Of a stretch of 64,000 nt of DNA, positions 10,326 to 19,244 are shown one piece after another; position 1 is the stretch's first letter; the number at the start of each line of letters is the position of its first letter. The translations under genes were made by a program, and so were the position numbers. Source of the DNA: Planctomicrobium piriforme (GTDB lineage: Bacteria > Planctomycetota > Planctomycetia > Pirellulales > UBA1268); assembly GCA_945871035.1 (NCBI GenBank), contig CAMBUD010000004.1, positions 9,001 to 73,000 on the forward strand, read 5' to 3'. A model generated the notes under the pieces. That model did not search any database, was not told the DNA's origin, and saw nothing but the letters and a program-made list of their open reading frames with translations.

Positions 10326-10429
10326 GGGGTCTAGAGGGCTCAACGGTTTTTATTGCGAGCAGGTCTAGCAGCCGTCAACCGGCGCTGGTCGAGCCGTTGA
10401 GAGCCGTTGGTTGAGAGTGGAGCAGTCGC

Positions 10430-11290
10430 ATGAGCATCATTGGCAAGATTTTTGTGTTTGCCGTGTTTGTTATGAGCCTTGTGTTCATGGCGTTCTCCGT
10501 TGCAATCTACTCATCCCACACCAACTATAAGGCAGATATCGAGCGCAGCAGTGACGAAGTGACGTTCGAAAAGCCGCTCGGCTGGAAGGCGAAACTCGAG
10601 GAGGAGATAAAAACCCGCGAGACGCTCACCCAAGAGATTGAACGCCTGATAAAAGATGCCGCTGCCTCCGAGGCTTCCCGCGATCAGATTGTTGCCAAGC
10701 TGCAGTCGGCGCTCGTTGAAAAAAATGGAGAATTGGTTGGGCTGCGAGAAGAAAAAATTGAGTGGGATAAAAAACAGCAGCAGGCAATCAACGAAGTTGA
10801 GAAAGCACGTGAGGAATTGACGCTTGCCACCACGGCAGTCCAAAAGTTGCGTGAGGAAGTCAAGCAGCAGCAAACGCAAGTCGATGGGCAGGTCGATCGG
10901 GTCGCCAAATTAGCAGCCGAGCTGCACGAAAAAGAATCGTTCCTCGTGATTGCCAATGAACGCAAGGCCCAACTTGAAAAACAGGTGGCCAATGCCCGAC
11001 TTCTTCTCAAGCAAAGCGGGCTGTCGATCGACAGTCAGCCAAAGGATCGCGTGCCCTCCATCGACGGCGTTGTCGTGGCTGTTGCAGACGATGCTGTTGA
11101 AGTTTCCCTCGGCGGCGATGACGGCGTGCAGATGGGCCACGAACTAGAGGTGTATCGCAACGACCAATATCTTGGTCGCGTGCGCGTGGTAAGCGTCAAG
11201 CCTGATAAGTCAATCGCCATTGTGATCAAGGCATTCTCGCGGGGTGCCATTCAGCAAGGCGATAGGGTGGCGACGCGGTTGAAGGCCTAA
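10430..11290 (+). CDS. Membrane-anchored coiled-coil protein with C-terminal beta-barrel-like domain (function unknown)
   Basis: N-terminal TM 'IIGKIFVFAVFVMSLVFMAFSVAIY', then ~180 aa of heptad-like E/K/Q-rich sequence, then C-terminal 'GVVVAVADDAVEVSLGGDDGVQMGHELEVYRNDQYLGRVRVVSV'. GC is lower than in the neighbours. Confidence 0.7.
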   Translation: MSIIGKIFVFAVFVMSLVFMAFSVAIYSSHTNYKADIERSSDEVTFEKPLGWKAKLEEEIKTRETLTQEIERLIKDAAASEASRDQIVAKLQSALVEKNGELVGLREEKIEWDKKQQQAINEVEKAREELTLATTAVQKLREEVKQQQTQVDGQVDRVAKLAAELHEKESFLVIANERKAQLEKQVANARLLLKQSGLSIDSQPKDRVPSIDGVVVAVADDAVEVSLGGDDGVQMGHELEVYRNDQYLGRVRVVSVKPDKSIAIVIKAFSRGAIQQGDRVATRLKA

Positions 11291-11308
11291 GACAAAGGAA
11301 ACCCACCC

Positions 11309-11458
11309 ATGGCCGACAACAATCCGCTGCCGCGACCGCCGATGAATGTGTATACCGCCATGTTGCTCCTCTCATTCGTTGCCATTTCCATAGGCTGCTT
11401 GATTTTGTCTCTGGAACTGTATTCCAGAGATTTACCATTGCAGCCGCTGCGTGAGTGA
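11309..11458 (+). CDS. Small single-pass membrane protein (49 aa), below the ORF-track cutoff
   Basis: Hand-translated: 'MADNNPLPRPPMNVYTAMLLLSFVAISIGCLILSLELYSRDLPLQPLRE'. ATG lies 18 nt after the stop of the coiled-coil gene, preceded by 'AAAGGAA'. An intrinsic-terminator-like hairpin follows 30 nt later. Confidence 0.5.
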   Translation: MADNNPLPRPPMNVYTAMLLLSFVAISIGCLILSLELYSRDLPLQPLRE

Positions 11459-11487
11459 GCGCCGTCGAAGCCGTCGCTCCTCCAGCC

Positions 11488-11523
11488 AACCTGTTTCCGC
11501 ATCCAAACACAGGTTCTTTTTTT
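11488..11523 (+). terminator. Rho-independent terminator candidate
   Basis: 7-bp stem AACCTGT/ACAGGTT with a 14-nt loop, followed by C and seven T residues. It sits downstream of the 10430-11458 gene pair. Confidence 0.5.
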
Positions 11524-11622
11524 AGGCTTCACACACAACAGCAACGGACGATCACCCAGGCTCTTTTTCAGACTCTTTGTGTCAGGTTCTTAATCAGGCT
11601 CTTTTTCAGGCTTGTGGCCGAA

Positions 11623-12969
11623 TTATTTCGCGGGGGCAGGCCGCGGAGCCTGGGCAGGAGCGATGCGACGGGGTGCCAGCGAGACAAGCACTCCATCGGG
11701 TGATGCCAGCATAAGCCTGTCGGACGTTGCATTGACAACCGGCAGGGAGAAAATGCCCAGATTGGCTCGGTGTTTGCGGGAGCCGTCGGCGAGATCAAGG
11801 CTCGCGAGCCGACCAGTGCGGTCGATGCACCAGACATCCTCAACGTTGGCAGCGAGGATCTGTCCGGCCAAGGGACTGTGCCAAAGAAATTTGCCTGTCT
11901 CTGTGGAAAAGGCCTCGATCCCCGCATCACCCAGAGAAACCACCAACGTGTCAGCGGAGAGAAAGACGCCGGGATCGCTTTGTGCACGGAGCGACACTTG
12001 CCAGTTCAATTGCAGGCCACTGCCGCCGGACTCCAGCAGATCAATCCGCACCAGAGTCTTTTCGACGGTGGTGGCAAAAATGGCATTGCCTCTCACGCGC
12101 GGTGGACCGGCAGGTGGGCTGCCTAATAAAAACTGATGCCGCTGCCATTCATTCTCTTTGCGTTCGAGTGCAACCAGCGTTCCATTGGTTGTGCACCAGA
12201 GAATGCCATCTGCCAGCGGAATGGGGGCCTGCTCGAGTAAACCACCGGCATCAATCAGGAAGGGAGCGAGGCTCTCGGGAGTTTTTTGTTCGACAGCCTT
12301 CTTTTTTGGTTTCGGAGGCAGTTTCTGTTTTTTGTCAACCGGCTTATTGTCGGTTACCGCAGACTTTCTTTTGACAGTGTTGTGCTTATGCGGATCGACT
12401 GGGAGGCGTAAGACGCCGTCAGAGTGAAGTGGCACGTAGACCCAGTTTCCCGAAGGCATTGCACCGGCAGCTGGGATCCGGCCGAAACGGTCGTGCCAGC
12501 GTGTCTGGCCGGTGTCGCTATCGAGCCCATACAGATCGAGATCGCGGGCCACGGCTATCAGGGTTGGACCCACGCCGGCAATCTCCACAGACCCACCGAC
12601 CTTGCCAATCCGCTGCGACCACAGGAGCGTGCCCACTTGCGGCTGGCCGTGTGTGTCACCATCTGCTGGGTGGCTGGCAGGATCGAGTGCCGCCGCGCGC
12701 ACAGCATGCACGCCGCCGTCGCCGGACTGCGCAATCACCATGCCGTCGGCAACAACAATATGCTGGAGGCGATAGCCGGCTGAATCGAAAGGAATCTGAA
12801 CGATCCACTCTCGAACGAGCCCAACGCGATCGGCCAAAAGTTCATCGGCCAGCGTGCCAGCGATAGCGTCATTTTCACGGGCGGTCGCCAGCGTTGCCAG
12901 TCCTGCCGCAAGCGCAAGGCCTGCGAGAAACCGGCGGATCAAGCAAGGCATGAAAGGCATGAAAGGCAT
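11623..12969 (-). CDS. PQQ-like beta-propeller repeat protein (BamB-like fold), secreted
   Basis: Repeated 'G..V.A.D...G...W' blades, for example 'GMVIAQSGDGGVHAVRAA', 'LIAVARDLDLYGLDSDTGQTRW', 'LVALERKENEWQ', 'VEDVWCIDRTGRLASLDLADGS'. Signal peptide 'MPCLIRRFLAGLALAAGLATLATA'. Three in-frame ATGs at 12969, 12960 and 12951. Confidence 0.7.
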   Translation of the reverse strand: MPFMPFMPCLIRRFLAGLALAAGLATLATARENDAIAGTLADELLADRVGLVREWIVQIPFDSAGYRLQHIVVADGMVIAQSGDGGVHAVRAAALDPASHPADGDTHGQPQVGTLLWSQRIGKVGGSVEIAGVGPTLIAVARDLDLYGLDSDTGQTRWHDRFGRIPAAGAMPSGNWVYVPLHSDGVLRLPVDPHKHNTVKRKSAVTDNKPVDKKQKLPPKPKKKAVEQKTPESLAPFLIDAGGLLEQAPIPLADGILWCTTNGTLVALERKENEWQRHQFLLGSPPAGPPRVRGNAIFATTVEKTLVRIDLLESGGSGLQLNWQVSLRAQSDPGVFLSADTLVVSLGDAGIEAFSTETGKFLWHSPLAGQILAANVEDVWCIDRTGRLASLDLADGSRKHRANLGIFSLPVVNATSDRLMLASPDGVLVSLAPRRIAPAQAPRPAPAK

Positions 12970-12973
12970 GACG
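12947..12973. repeat. 9-nt tandem repeat (GGCATGAAA x2 + GGCATGACG) carrying three in-frame start codons
   Basis: Read directly. On the minus strand it encodes 'MPFMPFMP' at the N-terminus of the beta-propeller gene. Confidence 0.9.
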
Positions 12974-13286
12974 GACTCCACGGATCGGCTGCCGAGGGCC
13001 AACACGGCGACTCTCAGAAGAATACCCTCTAAAAAGCGGTATCCAAACAAAAATAATGACCGGGCAGAGCGTCAGGGACGAGCACAAAAGACAGCAGAAA
13101 GCCAACGATTGCACGAAAAACTTGCCCAACTGGCCCAACAGTCCCTCGCCCGCCCCCAACCGGCCGCTTTCCCGTTATTCATAGCAGAGGGGGAAATCGC
13201 TGGCACGCTTGAGCGATCTGGGCCGCGCCCCTACGATTCGGTCTGATAGCCCGGTGGACGCAGTGTGATTCAAAGGCCCTGCATTG

Positions 13287-16200
13287 ATGCAGCAACAATC
13301 GAAGCCTTCTCGTCCAACCGATGCCGCTGCGCTCGTGCTGGGCTACTGCAACTTTTCATCAGGTGCGTTTGATCCGACTGTTTGGCGAGCGATGAGCGAT
13401 CTGTTTGCCGCAATCGAGCCAGCCAGCGGGGCTGGGAGCGCTGGCAACACAGGCGGTACCAACGTCGAACAATCTGTCACCGAATGCCCCACCTCGTCTG
13501 AGCAAGTGGCAGCAGTGCTCGGCACGCGACTGGACATTCTGGCGGCCAGCGAACCGGCATTCCGCGATTCCACGCAGGCCCGAGCCATTCTAGAGATTGT
13601 TTTTTCCCGGCTCTTACCGGCGTACCGCGAGTACCATGCCGATCTGTTGGAGCATCAACCGCCCGGCGCTATCGAACGCCCATTTTTTGTGATGGCTGCA
13701 GCACAGGCGGTACTGGCGGCGGGAGGGCCGTGGGACGAACCGGAACGGTATGCGGCACTCGTTCAATCGTCAATTCTGCAGCTGAATGATTACGTCGGCT
13801 GGCGGCCGATGGCCGTGCTCGAAAATGGTCGGCTCTCAGAACCCTACGGACACGAGCGCGTGCGGCCGATTCCGCTCTTCATCGCCGGCGTCGGTGCGGC
13901 GCATGGCCGCTACAAAAACTTGGTCGCTGGTGCCATCGAAATACTGGCGTCAGCCCCCCCTCGGCTCTTGCAGCAGGCCGATTTCGATGCGAGCGCTCTC
14001 GAAGAATTGGCAATCGATCCCCGCGCCTTTGACTTTCTTCATCCAGCGGCCAGCCGGCCAAACTATCTCTTTGGGCTTTGGGATCCGTCGCACATCGACG
14101 AACAAGGACTCTACCGGCGGATGGTTGTGCAGCAGGCCACTCTGGACGGCATTCTTTCTTGGGCAGAGGCTGCCGAGCCCGTGTCTGCGGAGCATGCCGA
14201 CCGCCGACAGGCAGAATTGCGTCGCGAATCGTCAGCTGTTTTGGCCGGCGTAATCCTGATGGCATCTGGTCTTTGCGGCCACGGGCCCGGTGCGCATCAG
14301 GCGAGCTTGCCGCTCTCTGAGTTGCTCCCGCGGATCGCAGGGTATCGCGATGAATTCTACAGTTGGTTGATGACGCAACTCCCGGCGGAACACGGGCAAC
14401 GTCTGGCTGAGGAAACGCAGAAATTGCGTCAGCCGTTTGGTGGCGTGCGGCGGCACATCAATTCCTTGTTGGCCAGCCGACGCGCTCGGCAGGTGGAGAG
14501 CGTGGCCTTAGCATCGGTGCTTGCACGGTTAGGAAGAGCGGAGGGCGCCGAGCGGATGGCTGGCATTGTGCCCGCCGCATCGGCGCGCATGCTCTCGCGG
14601 ATAGCCAGTTGCGTTGTGGCCGCACAGCAGGGGCTTTCGCACCCCGATCCACTCACTGCCACGGCTGCAACCGCGGAACCACTGGACCAACTCGAAGCGG
14701 CCACGGATCTGCTTTTTCGCGCTGTGGGCTGCGGCGCCGCTGTCGATCCATGGAATATTTTGGGGCTTGCCGGGCAGTTTCCGCTTCACGAACCGGGGGG
14801 CGAAAGCCTTGCCGATCCGCGCGTAGACGATCTGATCGCAATCACCGGATCGATTCTGGATAGCTACGCTTCGGTTTGGCAACACAGTAGCCTCGACGGC
14901 CCGCCGACCGTTGCCCGGCGGGCGGCAGCAGCGCTTGAACGACTTGCCGTTTGGTGGGATCGCCATGCCACGACAACCGTTTCGGGAGTCCAGCATCTCT
15001 CCGGCCGCGAGGTGCTCGAGTCTGCCCGCGAGGTGATCGGGTCGCTCCAGCGCCGCCGCGAGACAGCCCCCTTGCCGCCCCCACCCGGTTTTTGGCGCAA
15101 GGAAGTGGCCGCATACTCCTCACCGCGTAGCCATTCGCAGGCAGCCGATGCCTTGCTGAGCGAGGGGGATCTGGATGGGGCGATGGGGCTGCTGGTTCAC
15201 TGGGCTTCACTCTTAGAAGGGACGGCGATCGAGCGATCCGGTCCGATCTGGCTGGGCGCAGCTGCACGCTGGACAGCGAAAGCCTTCGCTGATCGCTCGG
15301 AGAAGGGTCGCTCGCGGGTGCGGCGATTTCTGGAACTGGTCGAAGCCAATACCAGCGCCATTGCCGACTGCATTGAGCTTGCCGCAGCCGGCCGCGAGCC
15401 GTTTGCAGAGCAGCGTGCTGGTTTTCCCGGCAGTGATGAAGATGAAGAACCGGGCGACGATGCCGACGACGATCCTGCCGAGGCTGAAGAGAGCGTGGCC
15501 TCAGCCTACGATTCGATGGTGTGGCGAGACTCGACTGATGACGGTGTGGATGGTGGCATGCTTGACATGGACGTACCCGGAGCCTCGTCCGCCGTAGGCG
15601 TAGCGGCTGTTGAGCAGGCAGCTGAATTCTTTTCAAGCATCTGTCAGTTGCTGCGGCATGCCGTTACCGCATGGTGCGCCATGGATGTCGCCGACGGCAC
15701 GCATCCCTCACGGGCCGAAACGGACTCCGTCATTGGCTGGCGGCATTTTCTCAGACGCATGCGTCGCGCGATGGTGCGGGCAGCAGCCAGCATTGCTGCC
15801 CGGGATACAAAACCTTCCCCCGGCATGTCCCCCGCAGAGTACGACCGCTTACGATGGCATCGAGAAAGTGCTGCCGAACGGTTGATCGATGCGGCCGTGC
15901 AGTCAACCGAAACACTCTGGCTCCTGTCCGCGCACTTGCACATGAGCCAACCGACGGCAGCCGCAGAGGAACAGGCACTTGCTGCGGACGCTTCATCCCC
16001 AGCACTGCCAGCGAAAAAATCCAAGGGAGCAGTGGGCAGACTTTTTGCCGGGCTTCTTCGCGGTGATGCACCTGCTGCCCGTCAGGCTCTTGGAATCGTG
16101 AGCGGTCGGCTGGCTGGCAAGGCGGTGCTCTACGTGCCACTGTCGCGCGGTGGCAAACCCAGCCGCATAGTCATGGCTCGCTGTCGCGAGCGACTGCTGG

Positions 16201-17429
16201 AGCGTCTGGTCTGCTGTCTACCGAGGCTGGGTATGGTGGCTGAAACATCGACTGTTGTTCAACTCGCCAAGAGCCTGGAGAGCAAGCGGCCCAAGGGAGC
16301 CGCTAGCGTGAGCGAGTTTGATCGTGTATTTGAGGCCGCCACCATCGCGCTTGTGGAGCGGATCGTTGAAAGCGCTTCAACACCTGGGGAAGACGGACAA
16401 GCCGCCAGCCAAACCCTCATGACCCAACGGATTTTAGAGGGACTTTCCTTGCTGGTGCCGAGGCTTCTGGAAACATGGATGACACACGCGCGGCAGTTGA
16501 GGCTCTCCGTTTTAGAACGGGTGCGCGACGACAAGACATTTGCCTCGATTCAGGAATTCATCGAACGCTACGGCTCTGGATTGTTTACACAACACACACT
16601 GGCGCCGCCATCGCTGCGGGGGATTTTGCGTGGGGGTGTGAGGCACTTTCTAGAGCAACTCGTTGAGCGGCAGATGGTCGATCCTGCCGACTCTTCAACC
16701 ACTGCCGCCACCCGTGTACCGGTGCGGCTCATCGAGGAATTGGTGTCGGGTGTGCTGCCGATCAAGCAAGCTTCGGCCCGGCTGCGGCTTGTGCTTGAGA
16801 GCATCGCCGAGAATCATGCCGAGTACCGCGATTGGAACTCCACTACCACGCAATCGGATCGTGGCGAATACCTGCACATCTTGCTCAACTTTTTGCGCAT
16901 CAAAGCAGAGTACGATCGCATTGCCTGGACATTGAGGCCTGTCAACATGGCCCATCGAGTGCTTGCGCGACGCGGTGTTACCGAGGCGGCTGAGGCTTGG
17001 CGCGGACGCATGCGAGATGAGACTCGCGGAACGGCTGACGCACTCGTCAGCAGGCTTTCACAACTGGAAGCGCAGTGGGGCATGCGCTTGGCGAGCATCA
17101 GCGATCGGGTGCGACGATCCTTTACGGCAACGCTGGAGCAGGACGAATTGGAGGCCCTTGTGGAGCCTGCCGTTGGCGAACTGTTTACGGGCAGTCCGGC
17201 GGGGGCCGGTGACTCGTTGGAGCGGCGTGCAGACTCGTTTTTAGGTGTTGCCAGCGGTTCGGGCGTGGAGGTTCCAGATTGGCTGGAGCGACTGAGCGGT
17301 ACGGTGGACCGAGCGATTGAGCACGCCGATATTGGCCTGAGCGAGTTCTCGACAACCGGCCAACTGCCCGAGGCCGTGCGCTGGACACCCATTCCGTGGG
17401 ACGTGATTCACGCTGCGCTGAAAGCGTGA
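13287..17429 (+). CDS. Very large (about 1380 aa) predominantly alpha-helical protein of unknown function
   Basis: Single uninterrupted ORF (TTG 13284 / ATG 13287) with Ala/Leu/Arg-rich helical composition and an acidic insert 'GSDEDEEPGDDADDDPAEAEE'. I found no catalytic motif. The stop lies 16 nt before lipB. Confidence 0.75.
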   Translation: MQQQSKPSRPTDAAALVLGYCNFSSGAFDPTVWRAMSDLFAAIEPASGAGSAGNTGGTNVEQSVTECPTSSEQVAAVLGTRLDILAASEPAFRDSTQARAILEIVFSRLLPAYREYHADLLEHQPPGAIERPFFVMAAAQAVLAAGGPWDEPERYAALVQSSILQLNDYVGWRPMAVLENGRLSEPYGHERVRPIPLFIAGVGAAHGRYKNLVAGAIEILASAPPRLLQQADFDASALEELAIDPRAFDFLHPAASRPNYLFGLWDPSHIDEQGLYRRMVVQQATLDGILSWAEAAEPVSAEHADRRQAELRRESSAVLAGVILMASGLCGHGPGAHQASLPLSELLPRIAGYRDEFYSWLMTQLPAEHGQRLAEETQKLRQPFGGVRRHINSLLASRRARQVESVALASVLARLGRAEGAERMAGIVPAASARMLSRIASCVVAAQQGLSHPDPLTATAATAEPLDQLEAATDLLFRAVGCGAAVDPWNILGLAGQFPLHEPGGESLADPRVDDLIAITGSILDSYASVWQHSSLDGPPTVARRAAAALERLAVWWDRHATTTVSGVQHLSGREVLESAREVIGSLQRRRETAPLPPPPGFWRKEVAAYSSPRSHSQAADALLSEGDLDGAMGLLVHWASLLEGTAIERSGPIWLGAAARWTAKAFADRSEKGRSRVRRFLELVEANTSAIADCIELAAAGREPFAEQRAGFPGSDEDEEPGDDADDDPAEAEESVASAYDSMVWRDSTDDGVDGGMLDMDVPGASSAVGVAAVEQAAEFFSSICQLLRHAVTAWCAMDVADGTHPSRAETDSVIGWRHFLRRMRRAMVRAAASIAARDTKPSPGMSPAEYDRLRWHRESAAERLIDAAVQSTETLWLLSAHLHMSQPTAAAEEQALAADASSPALPAKKSKGAVGRLFAGLLRGDAPAARQALGIVSGRLAGKAVLYVPLSRGGKPSRIVMARCRERLLERLVCCLPRLGMVAETSTVVQLAKSLESKRPKGAASVSEFDRVFEAATIALVERIVESASTPGEDGQAASQTLMTQRILEGLSLLVPRLLETWMTHARQLRLSVLERVRDDKTFASIQEFIERYGSGLFTQHTLAPPSLRGILRGGVRHFLEQLVERQMVDPADSSTTAATRVPVRLIEELVSGVLPIKQASARLRLVLESIAENHAEYRDWNSTTTQSDRGEYLHILLNFLRIKAEYDRIAWTLRPVNMAHRVLARRGVTEAAEAWRGRMRDETRGTADALVSRLSQLEAQWGMRLASISDRVRRSFTATLEQDELEALVEPAVGELFTGSPAGAGDSLERRADSFLGVASGSGVEVPDWLERLSGTVDRAIEHADIGLSEFSTTGQLPEAVRWTPIPWDVIHAALKA

Positions 17430-17445
17430 AAAAACCGTCTCAGTT

Positions 17446-18276
17446 GTGCAAAAAATGGTAAAACTGATCGGTATGAAACCGAATCCGAAAATCGTGCCGC
17501 TTGGCAAGAATCGCCCAGAGCATGAAAATCTGCGGCGACCACTGGCCATCTGGCTGGCGGGTCGGATTGGTTTTGCGGCCTATACCGCTATGGCCGAACG
17601 CTTGGCTTGGGAGGTTTCAGAACCCAACGCGCGGCCGCCCACGCTGGTGCTCTGTGAGTTTGCGCCGTCGATCACTATCGGCAGGCTTGGCATGCGCAGC
17701 GACATCGATTTTTCAGACGAAGAATTGCGTTTGCAGGGGCTTGAAGTGCGGTACGTTGGCCGTGGTGGTGGCACGGTGCTGCACGGGCCAGGGCAGGTTT
17801 GCGTGGCTTTTTTCTCCACCCTTGAGGATCTTGGATTTGGCCGGTACGACGTTGGCCATTTTCTGGAACGCTTTGAGGCCGGTTTAGAAGATGCTGTTCG
17901 ATCGCTGCGCTGTGGGTCGACTCGCGATTCCCAAGGCCACGGAATCTTTGGACGCACAGGCTTGCTCGCCGCCGTCGGCATCACCGTGCGTCGGGGAGTT
18001 GTCTGCCACGGCGCGTTTGTCAACGTACAACCGGCGCTCGAACTCTTTCACCGCGTGCAAACCGCAACTGTTGCCTCGGCAGGCGGAAGCCGAACCATGA
18101 GTTCGCTGGAAGCAGATTTGCAGCGCAAGGTGCGATTGCAGGATGCGCGGTCGGCGCTGGTGCAGCATCTGTCTGAGGCCTTCGCTTTTCCACGCACGCA
18201 CATTCAGGCAGGCTTTCCTCTGCCGATTCGCGAAACCAGCCTTAGCCAAACGGAGCACATCAGCCGTGTCGGATAG
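17446..18276 (+). CDS. lipB: Lipoyl(octanoyl) transferase
   Basis: 'LVLCEFAPSITIGRLG', 'VRYVGRGGGTVLHGPGQVCVAFF', 'GLLAAVGITVRRGVVCHGAFVNV' (BPL/LPL catalytic domain, LipB pattern). Start uncertain: GTG 17446 or ATG 17455. Confidence 0.85.
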   Translation: MQKMVKLIGMKPNPKIVPLGKNRPEHENLRRPLAIWLAGRIGFAAYTAMAERLAWEVSEPNARPPTLVLCEFAPSITIGRLGMRSDIDFSDEELRLQGLEVRYVGRGGGTVLHGPGQVCVAFFSTLEDLGFGRYDVGHFLERFEAGLEDAVRSLRCGSTRDSQGHGIFGRTGLLAAVGITVRRGVVCHGAFVNVQPALELFHRVQTATVASAGGSRTMSSLEADLQRKVRLQDARSALVQHLSEAFAFPRTHIQAGFPLPIRETSLSQTEHISRVG

Positions 18277-19225
18277 CAAGCTCTTTCAAACGACTGTTTC
18301 TGCCAACGTCTTGCCGATTATCAGCGCGCCGGCTGCGCAAACCGAACAGGTGTTACCAGCGCGACGCCTGCCGCCGTGGCTGCGACGCAATCTCGATCCG
18401 GGCGGCGGTCATGGTGAAACGGCCAGCTTGATTGCGGAGTTGGGCTTAGAAACGGTCTGCTCGTCAGCCAAATGCCCAAACCGTCTGGAATGTTGGTCGG
18501 CCCGCACTGCCACGTTCATGATTCTGGGGAATGTCTGCACGCGACCCTGTGGTTTTTGCTCTGTGCCGAAAGGAAAAACGGAAGAACTCGAAGCCGATGA
18601 ACCCGAACGCGTTGCCGAGGCCGCCCGTCGGCTTGGCCTGCAGCACGTGGTGATTACGAGCGTGACGCGAGACGATCTTCCCGACGGGGGTGCCGATCAC
18701 TTCCGCCGCACGGTCTTGGCCGTCCGGCAGGCAACCGGCGCTACCGTTGAAGTGCTTGTCCCAGACTTCATCGGCAAGACCGACGCCCTGTCCAGGTTGT
18801 GTGAGTCGAAGCCCGATATTTTTAACCACAACACAGAGACCGTGCCGCGGCTCTATCGGCATGTGCGTGGACGCAAGAGCCATTATCCTTGGACGCTGCA
18901 ACTGTTGGCCGATGCAAAGAAGATGCTGCCGAGCGTGCGTACCAAGAGCGGACTGATGCTGGGTCTCGGTGAAACACAAGACGAGTTGCTCGATGTCTTT
19001 GCCGATCTGCTCGAGAGCGGTGTCGATTTTCTCACGCTCGGTCAATATCTGCAGCCAACCCTCGAATCGCTCCCCGTCGATCGGTATGTGCCGCCGGAGG
19101 AATTTGATTATCTGGGCACGCTGGCGCGGAGCATGGGATTCAAGCAAGTGGCTGCGGGGCCGCTGGTGCGTTCGAGCTACCACGCCCGCGAAATGGCCAC
19201 CGCAGCCGTCGTGGCCACACCGTAG
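18266..19225 (+). CDS. lipA: Lipoyl synthase (radical SAM)
   Basis: 'CSSAKCPNRLECW' auxiliary cluster motif, radical-SAM 'CTRPCGFCSV', 'TSVTRDDLPDGGA', 'SGLMLGLGET'. Start placed at GTG 18266, an 11-nt overlap with the lipB stop. The longest ORF (18143) reads through the lipB 3-prime end out of frame. Confidence 0.9.
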   Translation: MSDSKLFQTTVSANVLPIISAPAAQTEQVLPARRLPPWLRRNLDPGGGHGETASLIAELGLETVCSSAKCPNRLECWSARTATFMILGNVCTRPCGFCSVPKGKTEELEADEPERVAEAARRLGLQHVVITSVTRDDLPDGGADHFRRTVLAVRQATGATVEVLVPDFIGKTDALSRLCESKPDIFNHNTETVPRLYRHVRGRKSHYPWTLQLLADAKKMLPSVRTKSGLMLGLGETQDELLDVFADLLESGVDFLTLGQYLQPTLESLPVDRYVPPEEFDYLGTLARSMGFKQVAAGPLVRSSYHAREMATAAVVATP

Positions 19226-19244
19226 GGCAAGACAGGCATCCGAT

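Noticed and set aside
13201-13215. TGGCACGCTTGAGCG, about 70 nt upstream of the 1380-aa gene, as a sigma-54 promoter.
   Set aside because: The GC of the putative -12 element is one base too close to the GG, and sigma-54 spacing is essentially invariant. It also lies inside an ATCGCT/AGCGAT inverted repeat that may have another role.
17768-17782. TGGCACGGTGCTGCA sigma-54-like motif.
   Set aside because: It lies inside the lipB coding sequence, and the GG-GC spacing is off by one.
18143-18265. Upstream ATG start for lipA.
   Set aside because: It would overlap lipB by 134 nt and add an Arg/Cys-rich out-of-frame read of the lipB 3-prime end. GTG 18266 gives an N-terminus of normal length.
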